From the IMG/VR virus record IMGVR_UViG_3300042564_006100, positions 1-64,000 of that record: a DNA stretch of 64,000 nt, one strand, 5' to 3'. The number at the start of each line of letters is the position of its first letter. The stretch's first letter is position 1. Source of the DNA: a virus. Below are positions 17,801 to 27,831 of this stretch, piece by piece. The notes beneath the pieces were generated by a model. That model made no database searches. It was not told the origin of the DNA and saw nothing but the letters and a program-made list of their open reading frames with translations. The translations under genes and the position numbers were made by a program.

Positions 17801-19249
17801 TTATTTCACAGCGGTTTCAGGGACCTTCGCAAGGCTGCTTTGCTGTGTTAACGCAGCACCCGATGGCTTCCAGAGCATCTCGACCGGCACGCCGTGTTTT
17901 GCCGCCGTCTCAAGAATGAGCTTGGCATCGCTGGCCCGGCGCTCGATTTCCTCGCCGAAGTCAGCACCGAGTTCCTGGAAGTGGTCGGATAGCGTCTTGA
18001 GTCCCATTTCCACGTCCGCACGGTTCTGCTGGGCTTCCCGTCCGGCGTCCACGGTCACACGCTTGGGCGGCACGGAGGAGATTTTCCACCAGCCTTCGAT
18101 GGGCGGCAGGAGTCCGCGGTTGATCGCGTCACCAATGACGTAGGTCCACACCGGCCGGATCAGGCGGCGTTCCAGGATCATCTGGCGGAAGGAGAACCGC
18201 CTATCGGCTTTGGCGACGATCAAGCGCACGCCTGCCCCGCCGATCTTGCTGGAATCCGCCGCGAATTCGAACGGGATCACTCCAAGAGCCGAGTCGCGCC
18301 GTAGATGCTCCAGGAATCCGGTGAAGGTGGGAGACGGGCGGTTGGATTGGAAGCTCTCGATGGATTCGTCGGGTTTAAGCGCAACCAGCTTGCCGCCCAC
18401 GATCTTCTGGAGCGTGATTGGATCGCTTGGATCATTGCCACCTGCTGCGCCACCGACCACGAAATCGCCATTGTCATCAAGTTCGCCACGGGCGGTTTTG
18501 AGCACGCGAGAAATATCGGCGTTGTCCTTCACCGCATGTTTTTCCAGCGCCAACAGCTCGATCTCATCGAGGACGTGGTTGATCGAATGCTGGATCGTCG
18601 GATGCGAGCGCACGCCACCCGCCCATTCCGGCTCGTGGATGTGGAGTATTGAGGCGGATGATAGATCGCGGGAACTGCCATTATCTTCCAAGGCGCGGTA
18701 AAAGATCGGTGCGCCCCAAGCATCGAGACCGACGCCATCGAGAGTTTCCCTGGAGCCGAACTGGTCGCCGATCCGGTGGGATTCGATTAACTGGATGCGT
18801 GGTTCTCCCTCGGCGTCGTGGGTTTTGTGGACGAAGTATTCGCCGTCGATGTCGATGCCCCGGCAGACGAGCGCCTGGCATTCCTCGAAGGAAAATCGGC
18901 GAGTCACCTCGCAGCGGGCCGACCACAGGGCGAAGTAGGCTTCGGCGGCGCGGTTCCAGTCTGGACCGGCCGACTGGGCCTGCACGCGGATGCCGTCGCC
19001 GGTCGAGTAGATGGCCATGTTGGCGACCAGTTCGCGGACGAAGCCCGAGTTCTTGTGGAGGTAGCGCGACTTGCGGACGAGTTCCGAGCGCACCCCTGGC
19101 GTGAGTTCGTGCCGAGCGTCCGTGGGTGCAAACCCCGGAACCAATCCACGGCGAGACGACCAGTTGGCAGACTCGAAGGGTGATCCCCATGCCTTGGGGA
19201 CGAGAACCGGCGGCAGCCATTTGAGGGCGAAGGATTTGAGCGGATTCAT
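17801..19249 (-). CDS. Portal protein, lambda family
   Basis: LVRKSRYL..N, DGEYF, VDAGREA; position. Confidence 0.9.
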   Translation of the reverse strand: MNPLKSFALKWLPPVLVPKAWGSPFESANWSSRRGLVPGFAPTDARHELTPGVRSELVRKSRYLHKNSGFVRELVANMAIYSTGDGIRVQAQSAGPDWNRAAEAYFALWSARCEVTRRFSFEECQALVCRGIDIDGEYFVHKTHDAEGEPRIQLIESHRIGDQFGSRETLDGVGLDAWGAPIFYRALEDNGSSRDLSSASILHIHEPEWAGGVRSHPTIQHSINHVLDEIELLALEKHAVKDNADISRVLKTARGELDDNGDFVVGGAAGGNDPSDPITLQKIVGGKLVALKPDESIESFQSNRPSPTFTGFLEHLRRDSALGVIPFEFAADSSKIGGAGVRLIVAKADRRFSFRQMILERRLIRPVWTYVIGDAINRGLLPPIEGWWKISSVPPKRVTVDAGREAQQNRADVEMGLKTLSDHFQELGADFGEEIERRASDAKLILETAAKHGVPVEMLWKPSGAALTQQSSLAKVPETAVK

Positions 19250-19506
19250 TTCGGCAGGTATCCGGAGACTTGCGACACGGCGACGGTGCGAGGTTTGCCG
19301 TAAGTGGCTGGGTCGAGAATCCGCAGCGCGTGGGCGCATTCCTCAAGCACCTGATCGATGGGCATGGTGAACTGCTTGGTGGCAGAGCTGCCCGCCTCGT
19401 TCCAGGTCATGAGAGTCTTGCCCTCGATGAGAAATTCCTTCGCCCGCGACTGGATGGCGAGCACCTCGGAAATCGTGAAGCCGGTGATGAAGAGTCCGCG
19501 TGCCAT
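19246..19506 (-). CDS. Head completion (gpW-like position) protein
   Basis: Small ORF directly upstream of portal. Confidence 0.55.
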   Translation of the reverse strand: MARGLFITGFTISEVLAIQSRAKEFLIEGKTLMTWNEAGSSATKQFTMPIDQVLEECAHALRILDPATYGKPRTVAVSQVSGYLPK

Positions 19507-19509
19507 GAC

Positions 19510-19944
19510 TTATTTGCCTTTCCAGGTGGCATTGCGCCCCCGCGTGTCGATGTGGACGAAGCCGGACGATGGGTAGATGCCGAGACCGCCGGTGAACTTG
19601 TCGGCCTTGCGCCATTCGAGCAGCCGGTCATAGACACGCTGTGGGCTGATGCCGTCGAATGCGATGTCGAGAGCGGTGAACTCAAGATGCTGACTGGATG
19701 ATACTCCCCCGATCGCCTTGTTGTAGTCGGGCGATCGGTAGGAGCTCAGAATACGGCATGACTTGCCGAACGAGTCACGAAGCTCGTCCACGATGCGAAG
19801 TGCGGGCACGATGTTCTTCCAGATGCGGCGTGGAGGCAGGCTGTTCTTCACACCCTTACGCTCGCGGGCAAAGTAGCTGGTGAACTCAGCCGCACCGAAG
19901 TTACGAAATCTTTGGGCGGCAAACCAATCGATGAAAGTGTTCAT
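19510..19944 (-). CDS. Peptidase M15 endolysin-like protein
   Basis: SSYRSPDYN, SQH..ALD, FVHIDTRG. Confidence 0.88.
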   Translation of the reverse strand: MNTFIDWFAAQRFRNFGAAEFTSYFARERKGVKNSLPPRRIWKNIVPALRIVDELRDSFGKSCRILSSYRSPDYNKAIGGVSSSQHLEFTALDIAFDGISPQRVYDRLLEWRKADKFTGGLGIYPSSGFVHIDTRGRNATWKGK

Positions 19945-19947
19945 GGC

Positions 19948-20325
19948 TTACTTGGAGGTGCGGGGTTCGACGACGATTTCAAAGCGACCGTCCGGATGAA
20001 CCCGGATGCGTCCGTCCTTGCCGATGAATTCCCCGGTGACAGCGGGCGGCGTGGCGCATGAGGCGAGAAACGGGACGGTCAGAACACCCATCGCCAAACA
20101 GAACAGTCCAACCTTGAAGGACTGGTTTGGCTTGCCGTCGTCAAACAGGTCGCCGAGCACGACCACCAGTTCTTTCACGGCGAGCGCGGCGGGACCGGCG
20201 GCAAGCAGGTATTTTGCCATCGTCGGATCGAAGAGCTGGGCGATACCCGCCAGATCCAGTGCGGCGAGCGTGGACATGCCAGAACCAAGGAACGTGAGGA
20301 AGCGGAGGATGGTGACGGTCTTCAT
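19948..20325 (-). CDS. Holin-like membrane protein with internal lipobox
   Basis: Hydrophobic segments; LTVPFLASC; adjacent to endolysin. Confidence 0.5.
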   Translation of the reverse strand: MKTVTILRFLTFLGSGMSTLAALDLAGIAQLFDPTMAKYLLAAGPAALAVKELVVVLGDLFDDGKPNQSFKVGLFCLAMGVLTVPFLASCATPPAVTGEFIGKDGRIRVHPDGRFEIVVEPRTSK

Positions 20326-22142
20326 GCACCCTCGTCCGGAGTGTCAACCGGGGCGGCGGCAATGGATTCCCGGCCGACGATCTTGAGCATGGTCGCCGCT
20401 GTCGCCTGCATGGACTCACAGTCAAAAAAGTGATTCGGTCGCGAGCCGATCTGCTTCCACATCCAGTGACCCTTTTCCTTGATCCGCTGCTCGCTTTCGA
20501 GCTGCGCAAGGTAGTCGTCGTCGATGTCGTCAGGGACCTCCCAGGTCGGTCCTTGGGCGGGATCTTGGTTGCGGCGCAAGCGGGCGAGCGTGTCTTTGAT
20601 GTTGAGGTTGCTCCAGTAGTGGACGTGGCAGGACTGGCGATGCGAAAGCACGACCTTGCGCCGGGGCGAGTAGAACCGTTGGACGGTTTTGCTATCGCGC
20701 CCCTTGTGTGCATAGACCGGGCGGCGGTCGCCGATGAGTGCTACCCATCCGCGCTTGGCGCACTCACGATAGACGTCGTAGGTCGCGTAGCCGGCATCGA
20801 GGAACACGAGGCTTGGGTGAACATCAAAGCGTTCCTGTAACACGTCGATGTCGGTGAAGGTTAGAATCCGTTCGTTCCACATCAGACGACTCGATCCCTC
20901 CGCCGACCATGAGCGCACCACGGCGAACAGGTGATCCATCTGGCAGTCCACTGTGATGAAGCGCAGCGGGATGAGGCCGTTGCGCTCGGGCAGCGGGGCG
21001 GCAATCACACGTCCGCTCTTCGGCTCAATCGCGCCTTCCTCTTCCCACGTCTCGCCGCGCTTGTAGCCGGATTTGACGATCTCCAACTTGTAGTCTTCAA
21101 CATACTCGCGCCATGGCAGACCAAGTCGCTTCTGGTAGAATTGTTGGAGCAGTGAAACATCACCCTTACGCGCCGACGCCTTGGCCCGCAGGTAGAGTTC
21201 CGCGAGCTGCCCCCAGCTCATCGCGCACAGCGCGTTCCAGTGGAAGCCGACGTTTTCCTTCGAGGCTTTCGGATTCTTGGCGACGAACGCCCCGGTCGCA
21301 TTGAGTTCACGCCGTGTCCGCTCGCCGTCGTTGAAGTAGTGGTTGCACGACTCACAGCGCATTGCAGTGGTGCGCCGGACTTCGTCGAAATCCCATTCAC
21401 CGAATTCATCCCTGGCCGACTTGCTCCACTCGACGCATTCCCATTTGAACGGCTGCCGGTGATGGCACTCGGGACAGGCAAACGTCCACTCGCGCTGGTC
21501 AGTGGATTCGAACTTCCTATGGGTGTCATCGTCCTCCTCCCCGCCCTGACTCATGAAGATGCACTTCCCGAGCCAACCAAAGGCGGTCACGCGTGCCTCG
21601 GCTTCCGCCATGTGACCGACCGGCCAGCGCCACGTCTCGTCCCCGATCAACCAGCGGATCGAACGTCGCTGGAGGTTGGTCTTATTGTGCGCCCCGAGAA
21701 TCCAGAGCGTCATGCCGTTGTTGAACTGGATCGTGTTGTTCTTGCGCTTGTGGCGGTGGATGCCGGTCGGCATGAGCCGTCTCACAGGCTCGCATTGGTC
21801 GAAGAGCTTCTGCAGGCGCGACTCGGAATAATCGCGGGCGTCCTCGTCGGTTTGGTCAAGCCAGAGGGCTGGCCCCGGCAGGTTGGCGATGATGTAACAA
21901 ATCGTCAGCTCGGGCGCGGTGGTTTTGGATGACTGGACCGACGCGATGATCGAGACGAGCCGGATGCGCGGATCAACCAGCGATTCCATCACTTCACGAA
22001 TCCAAGGCGAATTGTCCGAACGGAAGCGTCCCGGGTTGGGCGAGTAGGGAATTCCCTCGATGTGGTCCTCGCACCATTGCCAGGCGGGCCGACGGTCGGG
22101 CGGTTGCCATGCTTCGCGCCAGATGTCGTGCAGCACTTTCAT
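20322..22142 (-). CDS. Terminase large subunit (gpA family)
   Basis: SVQSSKT, LIGDE, CPEC/CESC, TVDCQ, NHFFDC. Confidence 0.93.
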   Translation of the reverse strand: MKVLHDIWREAWQPPDRRPAWQWCEDHIEGIPYSPNPGRFRSDNSPWIREVMESLVDPRIRLVSIIASVQSSKTTAPELTICYIIANLPGPALWLDQTDEDARDYSESRLQKLFDQCEPVRRLMPTGIHRHKRKNNTIQFNNGMTLWILGAHNKTNLQRRSIRWLIGDETWRWPVGHMAEAEARVTAFGWLGKCIFMSQGGEEDDDTHRKFESTDQREWTFACPECHHRQPFKWECVEWSKSARDEFGEWDFDEVRRTTAMRCESCNHYFNDGERTRRELNATGAFVAKNPKASKENVGFHWNALCAMSWGQLAELYLRAKASARKGDVSLLQQFYQKRLGLPWREYVEDYKLEIVKSGYKRGETWEEEGAIEPKSGRVIAAPLPERNGLIPLRFITVDCQMDHLFAVVRSWSAEGSSRLMWNERILTFTDIDVLQERFDVHPSLVFLDAGYATYDVYRECAKRGWVALIGDRRPVYAHKGRDSKTVQRFYSPRRKVVLSHRQSCHVHYWSNLNIKDTLARLRRNQDPAQGPTWEVPDDIDDDYLAQLESEQRIKEKGHWMWKQIGSRPNHFFDCESMQATAATMLKIVGRESIAAAPVDTPDEGA

Positions 22143-22744
22143 GATTCGTGGAGGCAAAGAAGAACCTCATCAATCGCCTGTCGGCATTCCCGCTGAATGC
22201 CGGTAGCGTCGAGACCCGATAGAATCGGAGGAAGTTCGTTTTCGAACTTGGCCCGCAGGATGGAAGTCGCTCGGGCGACATGGCCGATCCACTCGCTCTT
22301 CACCTGATGGATTGGAACGTATTCGCCCCTTTTCACGGCGATGCGAAGCTCACGCTCCTCGACTTCGGCGAGCAACTTGCGCGCTTTGAGAGCCTCCTCG
22401 TTGCCGACCGGCACCTTGCCTGCCTTGAGTCCCCGCAGGCGAACGAACTCGCGCCAGTCGGCCACCGGCCACAAGCCATTGGACAGCGGCTTGGGCGCGC
22501 CATCGAGTTTCTGCCAAGTGGTGAGCGTGCGGCGGGTCACGCCTAACACAGCAGCAAGCTCGACGAGCGTCTTTGCATAGGCGAGTGATTCCTCGCTGCC
22601 GGCCGCCCGTGATTCAATGCGCGCCCGCTCGGCCACGGTGAGCGGTTTTCCCGCCGCAACTTTGCGGATTAGATTCTGCAGATCAGCCTGAAGGATCTTC
22701 TCGGCCGCCTCGGTTGAGATTCCGTCTGTAGGATTCGATTTCAA
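22139..22744 (-). CDS. Terminase small subunit (Nu1-like)
   Basis: HTH (ELAAVLGVTRRTLTTW) and ELRIAVKRGEYV; ATGA-coupled to gpA. Confidence 0.8.
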   Translation of the reverse strand: MKSNPTDGISTEAAEKILQADLQNLIRKVAAGKPLTVAERARIESRAAGSEESLAYAKTLVELAAVLGVTRRTLTTWQKLDGAPKPLSNGLWPVADWREFVRLRGLKAGKVPVGNEEALKARKLLAEVEERELRIAVKRGEYVPIHQVKSEWIGHVARATSILRAKFENELPPILSGLDATGIQRECRQAIDEVLLCLHES

Positions 22745-22797
22745 AGTAGCAGACGCAGCTGTGGCTCAGTGATCTTTTTGTTTTTGCTCAGATTGGC

Positions 22798-23520
22798 TCA
22801 AGGTTTCACCGCCACCCATCCGGCGAAATTCAGATGCCGCCAGAAGCAATCGACCGAAGTGAAGCCTTCTTCACGAAGTAACTCCTCGTTCCAGCGTGCG
22901 GTAACCGGGACCAGCACGCCTTCCAGCGACAGCCGCTTGCGGTCGATCTGACTGTCGGAATACCCATTCTCCCGCTTGATGTTGAGGAACAGGTTCACGA
23001 ACGCCTCATCGAGTTTGGCAGTCGCGCCGAGAATCTTTTCCACGAGGATGAAGGCACCGCCTGGAGCCAGTGATTCGAACACGCGGCGGATGATTTGCTG
23101 GCGGTATTCGATAGGCGTGAACTGGAGCGTGAGCACCGAGAGCACGAGGCTGGATGTCACACCAGGGAACTCGTGGCGCAGGTCGGCAGACTGGATGCTG
23201 ACGCGATTCCCGTGCGGGTGGTAGGAGAAGTTCTGACGTGCCGCCTCGATCATCGGCTCGCTGATTTCCATGCCGACGTAATCGTTGGCCGCGCCGAAGC
23301 TCGAAACGAAAGGCAGGAGCGCCTGTCCGCGGGAACATCCCATGTCGATGATGGCGGTGCCGGGTTGCACGAAGCGCCGGCCCACCTCGAAGGTCACCAT
23401 CCGCATCGCGTTGTATTGGGGGATGCTCCGCTGGAGCATGTCATCGAACACGGCAGTCACTTCCTGATCGAACTGCCAGGCTCCGCGGGGAACGACTTCA
23501 TCACGTTGGGCTTCACTCAT
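22798..23520 (-). CDS. CmoA-like carboxy-SAM synthase / class I methyltransferase
   Basis: WQFDQEVTAVFDDMLQRSIPQY, DMGCSRG, TLQF, KRLSLEGV, LNFAGWVA closely follow CmoA. Confidence 0.8.
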   Translation of the reverse strand: MSEAQRDEVVPRGAWQFDQEVTAVFDDMLQRSIPQYNAMRMVTFEVGRRFVQPGTAIIDMGCSRGQALLPFVSSFGAANDYVGMEISEPMIEAARQNFSYHPHGNRVSIQSADLRHEFPGVTSSLVLSVLTLQFTPIEYRQQIIRRVFESLAPGGAFILVEKILGATAKLDEAFVNLFLNIKRENGYSDSQIDRKRLSLEGVLVPVTARWNEELLREEGFTSVDCFWRHLNFAGWVAVKP

Positions 23521-23536
23521 GCCCGCGTGGCGGATG

Positions 23537-23989
23537 TCAACGCGGCAGGCGTTTGACGATCCGCGTGCCTTCGGTCAGGCAGGTCCCTTCAGGCGTCACC
23601 CAGAAGCACGGGATGGAGAACTTCGCATACATCTCGCGAGTCCGTGGGTTGCTCTCAATCGCGAGGTAGCGGGCATCATCGCCATGAATTGGAAACACGT
23701 CCTTCTTGAGCAGGTGCTCCTTGATCGCCGGGGGATTCCACCAACCCTTCGGCGCGAAGCACGCATCCTGGGGACGCCAGCCGGTTTGCTCCTCGATGCG
23801 GTCGAGCGTCCTGATAGTCCAGGTCTCCGGGCGGGCGGTGATGAGCACGACCGTATGCGGGCGGACCAGCTCAACCAGCCACTGCCGGTATTGCTCGTTT
23901 TCCAATCGCTTATCCATGCGGACGGGCGTGGTGCCGCGTGCCGGATTATTGGAAACCAGCGTGTAGTTGAGGTCTAGCAGGATGATCAT
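23537..23989 (-). CDS. HAD-superfamily phosphatase-like protein
   Basis: ILLDLNYTL, LITARP, K, AIESNP. Confidence 0.65.
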   Translation of the reverse strand: MIILLDLNYTLVSNNPARGTTPVRMDKRLENEQYRQWLVELVRPHTVVLITARPETWTIRTLDRIEEQTGWRPQDACFAPKGWWNPPAIKEHLLKKDVFPIHGDDARYLAIESNPRTREMYAKFSIPCFWVTPEGTCLTEGTRIVKRLPR

Positions 23990-25500
23990 AGGGTAGTCTG
24001 AAGACGTTGCGAGAAAGAGTCCATGGCGCATTTCGCGAGATCCATGCGGGTGCCGTCTGGATAGGGCAGGTTGAACTCAAACTCGATGGCGGCACGAAGG
24101 CGGGCGGGATCAACTGGCAGGGCTGACGCGCAGGCCGCGTTGATGTTGTTGGAAAAGTCATCCACCTTTACCGAGCGGAAGAATGGACCGAACAGGGAGT
24201 GGAACTCGGATTCGGTGTGATACTTCTGAACCTTGGGTTTGTCCTGAAAGTCACCGATGCGAATCCCGGGTTCGTAGTCGAGGCGGAACGCGATGTTGCC
24301 CGCGTTGCTTTCGTTCATGAACGCCTTGCCGTTGACCTGCCGCCAGCCGGATTCCCCTGCCGATGATGCGCAGGCATAGACCTTGGTGAAGGGCTTGCAC
24401 AATGCGGCGCAGAGGCAGGCGATGTGCTCGCGGTCTTCACGGAACGGCACGGAATTCAGCACACTTGCAATGAAGATGCTGGTCCATTCCTTGCCCGCCG
24501 CCACTTCTGCGAGAAAGGTGCGGGCCAGTTCCACGCTCTCCGCCTTGTTGATGCCCCCTGGTCCGAGGCGATAGGGTTCGAACGGCGTGCAGTCGATTCC
24601 GGCCTGGCGAAGGAGAAAGGTTTCGGTCAGGTGGCCGGCACCAAAGTCGAGGATCGTCGTGCCGTGCTCCTTGGTCCAGCGGGTGCGGTCAGATGCCTTG
24701 CCAATGTCGAAATCCTTGCATGGCTTCGCGCCGTGGGTGGCGAAGACGAAGCCGTTGCCAAGCTCGCGCCTCACGCGGCGTGCGCGGCGGAACGAGTTGA
24801 AGCGCAGCATGTCGGCATAGCGCGTGTGGATGTCGAAATCCATCGAGAGCAGGTTCATCATCGCCCGGGCAAACTCCGCTTCTTCGTCGGTGACGAAAAC
24901 CACGGGAGCGAACGCGACTCCCTTTTCCGCGAGCATTTCCAAACGACCGATGCCGTTGATGACGGTCAGATCCTCGCGGCAGACGATGGGCATGAGGATG
25001 CCGTGGCGATGCAGCGTGCGGGCAAGGTTGCGAGCATACTGGATCCAGCGACCGGAGTTCACCCGGCAGAGATCCTTCACGGCGACTTCCGCGGGCTTGA
25101 GGCAGCGCAGGAAGGCATCGCTGCCGACTTCCTTGTCCGGGATCAGCGCGGCGAGCGCCTGGATGTCGAGCGATTGCAGTTCGCTCGTGACCCGACCGGG
25201 CGTGCTATTGAAATCGAAATCGTTGGTCGCCCGGTTGAACACGATGTTGAGCGCCTTGCGCTGGTCGAGATCGAGCGCCTTGGTCCGGGAAACAGGAACG
25301 TGCGTGGCCCCCATGCGCGAGGCGACGAGGTGGCGCTGGTGACCGGAGAGGATTTCTCCGTCCGAGTCGGCGAAGATCGGGGCGATGAAGCCGAGCTTGC
25401 GCAGCGACAGCTCGATCAGGTCGAGACGTTCAGGAACCGCCGACCTTGGATTGTAGGTGCTTGGGCGGATAGCCTCTATGGATTCAAGGGTGATGTTCAT
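23986..25500 (-). CDS. Tandem ParB/Srx domains fused to class I methyltransferase
   Basis: YNPR...LSGHQR, INGIGR; ILDFGAG, FEPY, SVLNSV. Confidence 0.75.
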   Translation of the reverse strand: MNITLESIEAIRPSTYNPRSAVPERLDLIELSLRKLGFIAPIFADSDGEILSGHQRHLVASRMGATHVPVSRTKALDLDQRKALNIVFNRATNDFDFNSTPGRVTSELQSLDIQALAALIPDKEVGSDAFLRCLKPAEVAVKDLCRVNSGRWIQYARNLARTLHRHGILMPIVCREDLTVINGIGRLEMLAEKGVAFAPVVFVTDEEAEFARAMMNLLSMDFDIHTRYADMLRFNSFRRARRVRRELGNGFVFATHGAKPCKDFDIGKASDRTRWTKEHGTTILDFGAGHLTETFLLRQAGIDCTPFEPYRLGPGGINKAESVELARTFLAEVAAGKEWTSIFIASVLNSVPFREDREHIACLCAALCKPFTKVYACASSAGESGWRQVNGKAFMNESNAGNIAFRLDYEPGIRIGDFQDKPKVQKYHTESEFHSLFGPFFRSVKVDDFSNNINAACASALPVDPARLRAAIEFEFNLPYPDGTRMDLAKCAMDSFSQRLQTTL

Positions 25501-26153
25501 AGTCCGAGGCGGTTGCGGATTTCGTTGAGCACGCTTTCCTTGTCGAAACCGGCGTCCTGTTTCACGCGGTCGCACCACGCGATGAAGTCTTCCTGAGTGA
25601 TGCGGAAGCGATAGAGACCGACCGCGACCGTGACGTCGCTCTTGTCGAGTTCCTTGTCGTGACGGTCGTCGTCATCCTCGTCATCGTCATTCCCACCCGG
25701 ATTGAGCAGGCCCTCGATGTCGGCGGGCTCGAAGCCCGCAAGGATCGTGTCAAAGTCGATGGACTTCCACTCGCTGGCGATTTTTTCGAGTTCGTTGAGA
25801 TCGACCGAGGAAAGTTCAGCCAGCCGGTTGTCAGCGACCAGCACGGCGAGTTCATCGTTCTCGCTTGCGAAATCCTGATAGTCCACCGGCACCACCTCGA
25901 CGCCGAGCTGTTTGGCGGCCATCAGGCGGCCGTGGCCAGAAACAATTAAGCCACTCTGCCGAGACACGGTCACACATTGCCTCCATCCGAAGTAGCGGAT
26001 GTTCTTGGCGAGCAGTTCGATTTGCCGCTGCGGGTGGGTGTTGGGATTGCGCGGGTTGGGCTTCAACTCACCGACCGGAACGAGCTTGTCGAAGGAGCAC
26101 CAGACTTCGATACCATTGGCGAGAGTGCGGGCTTTGGGAGAATCATCGGTCAT
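25497..26153 (-). CDS. ParB/Srx N-terminal domain protein
   Basis: PNPRNPNTH, IVSGHGR, ADNRLAE. Confidence 0.85.
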   Translation of the reverse strand: MTDDSPKARTLANGIEVWCSFDKLVPVGELKPNPRNPNTHPQRQIELLAKNIRYFGWRQCVTVSRQSGLIVSGHGRLMAAKQLGVEVVPVDYQDFASENDELAVLVADNRLAELSSVDLNELEKIASEWKSIDFDTILAGFEPADIEGLLNPGGNDDDEDDDDRHDKELDKSDVTVAVGLYRFRITQEDFIAWCDRVKQDAGFDKESVLNEIRNRLGL

Positions 26154-26170
26154 CGCCGTGGATGCGGCTG

Positions 26171-26836
26171 TCAACAGTCGCTTGCATCCAGCCAGGATTC
26201 CAGATCGGCGAGCGCTGCCCGGACACATCCGCCAGAGCCCACCGCGATCCGCAGTGAGGTGGCTTCATCGACCGGCCAGTGGCGGCGGAGCATGGTGGCA
26301 ATGTCCTCGGTGGATGGGGCGGCGAGCTTGATCGACTGGAAGCGCGTCTGGAACCGCTCGGTGAGAAGGTCAAGTTGCAGGTTGCTGGTTCCGATGATGG
26401 CCCGTCCTGCCGGAAGGCGGTCAAGGTAGCTCAGGAGCAGATCCTGTGCATCCCGCGTGCAGCGGTCCATTTCGTTGATGATCTTCACTGAATAGACCCC
26501 GAACAGAGAGCAGGCACCCAGCGTGCCCATCCATTGTTTCACGGTCTCGACGGTGACGAGCTTGCCGTTGAATTCCTCGACGGCGAAACGCGTGCCGGAT
26601 AGAGCGTCGGCCACCATGTCCGCGATGCTAGTCTTGCCGACACCGGGTGGGCCGTAGAGCAGGATTTTCACCGGGACATCCGGATGGTCATGGAGTTTTT
26701 GCGCCTTGGTGACGAGTCGGCGGGCAACGGTGGCCGCGGGGCCGCAGAGGTCATCGGGTCCGGTAGGTCGCCACGCCAGCGGCGGGCTTGTGGGGCTTGG
26801 TGACGGGGTTGGGAGAATCTTCAAGGATCGTGACAT
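26171..26836 (-). CDS. AAA+ ATPase (clamp-loader/RarA-like)
   Basis: WRP..DD, GPPGVGKT, IINEMD, TSN, RF. Confidence 0.8.
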   Translation of the reverse strand: MSRSLKILPTPSPSPTSPPLAWRPTGPDDLCGPAATVARRLVTKAQKLHDHPDVPVKILLYGPPGVGKTSIADMVADALSGTRFAVEEFNGKLVTVETVKQWMGTLGACSLFGVYSVKIINEMDRCTRDAQDLLLSYLDRLPAGRAIIGTSNLQLDLLTERFQTRFQSIKLAAPSTEDIATMLRRHWPVDEATSLRIAVGSGGCVRAALADLESWLDASDC

Positions 26837-26990
26837 GGGGATCTGTGTTGGAGTGGGTGATGGCCCGGGCGACAGCCTCCGCGCCCTTGCGGTAGAGGGT
26901 GACGGCGAGCAGTTCGCCATTCACCCACACCGACCAGTAGCGCGTGGCGTAGCCATCGGGTTTGCGGTATTTTTCGACTGCGACCTTCAT
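26751..26990 (-). CDS. Hypothetical protein
   Basis: MKVAVEKY...YWSVWVNGELLAVTLYRKGAEAV. Confidence 0.55.
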   Translation of the reverse strand: MKVAVEKYRKPDGYATRYWSVWVNGELLAVTLYRKGAEAVARAITHSNTDPHVTILEDSPNPVTKPHKPAAGVATYRTR

Positions 26991-27325
26991 CAGAAGTTGT
27001 AGTCGTGGAACTGGCGACGGCCGGGAATGACCGGCTCGCCGTTGGTGGTTCGGAACCAACCATCCTTGCGGCGACTGGCGCGATGAACGGCCCCTTCGGG
27101 ATTGGGCGAGTATTGGTAGGTCTGCTCGGTGTTGTTCACGCAGTGGCCGGCAAATCCGCCAGGGATAAACTCGGGCTTCCAGTCGTCGAGAACGGCGGTA
27201 TCCTCCTGCATCCAGACTGTCTTGCCGCTGGGGCTGACGCGGATCACGGTGCAGGCGGTCCGGTCAGAGTAGTGGCAGACGGTCGCCCCGTCGCCGACGG
27301 TTGGTGTCCAGTCGGGGGCGCTCAT
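26990..27325 (-). CDS. Hypothetical phage protein
   Basis: VGDGATV...SDR; coupled to neighbours. Confidence 0.65.
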   Translation of the reverse strand: MSAPDWTPTVGDGATVCHYSDRTACTVIRVSPSGKTVWMQEDTAVLDDWKPEFIPGGFAGHCVNNTEQTYQYSPNPEGAVHRASRRKDGWFRTTNGEPVIPGRRQFHDYNF

Positions 27326-27819
27326 CGGCTCCAGCCCTCCCTGCGGATGCGGGTTTTGAGCGTGTTGGGTGAAAGGCCGAAGTGCTCGGCGGTCTGTTTT
27401 ACGCTGCGGCATTCAAGCCAGTAGGCTTTCACCTGTGACCAGTGGTCGTCACCATGGCCGGGATTGCCGACCTTCTTGGCTGGCGTTGGTGGCGTGGCTT
27501 CTACTGGCGTTGGTTCGGGCTCAGCCGCGTCGGCGAACGCGTCGTAACGTCCCGGGCTGGCCTCGGGGTCTGGTCTGGTGAGCGGCACGATATTCATGGC
27601 TGGCGTGGCGTTGCTGCTCTCGGCGAGGATTTCCGCGACGATCTCTCGGATCAGTGGCACGGGGATTTCGGTGATGGTGAAAACCAGTCCGTTGAGCGTC
27701 TTGCGCCCGATGGACTGCTTGAGAAACTTCAATGCCTCACCTCGGGTGCGACCCTGGTAGCGGCCTTCGAAGACGTTGGTTTCCTTGTCGTCGCAGACGA
27801 TCCAATACAGTTTATTCAT
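27322..27819 (-). CDS. Hypothetical protein with C-terminal HTH
   Basis: SVKQTAEHFGLSPNTLKTRIRREGW. Confidence 0.65.
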   Translation of the reverse strand: MNKLYWIVCDDKETNVFEGRYQGRTRGEALKFLKQSIGRKTLNGLVFTITEIPVPLIREIVAEILAESSNATPAMNIVPLTRPDPEASPGRYDAFADAAEPEPTPVEATPPTPAKKVGNPGHGDDHWSQVKAYWLECRSVKQTAEHFGLSPNTLKTRIRREGWSR

Positions 27820-27831
27820 GATGGTGTTAGT

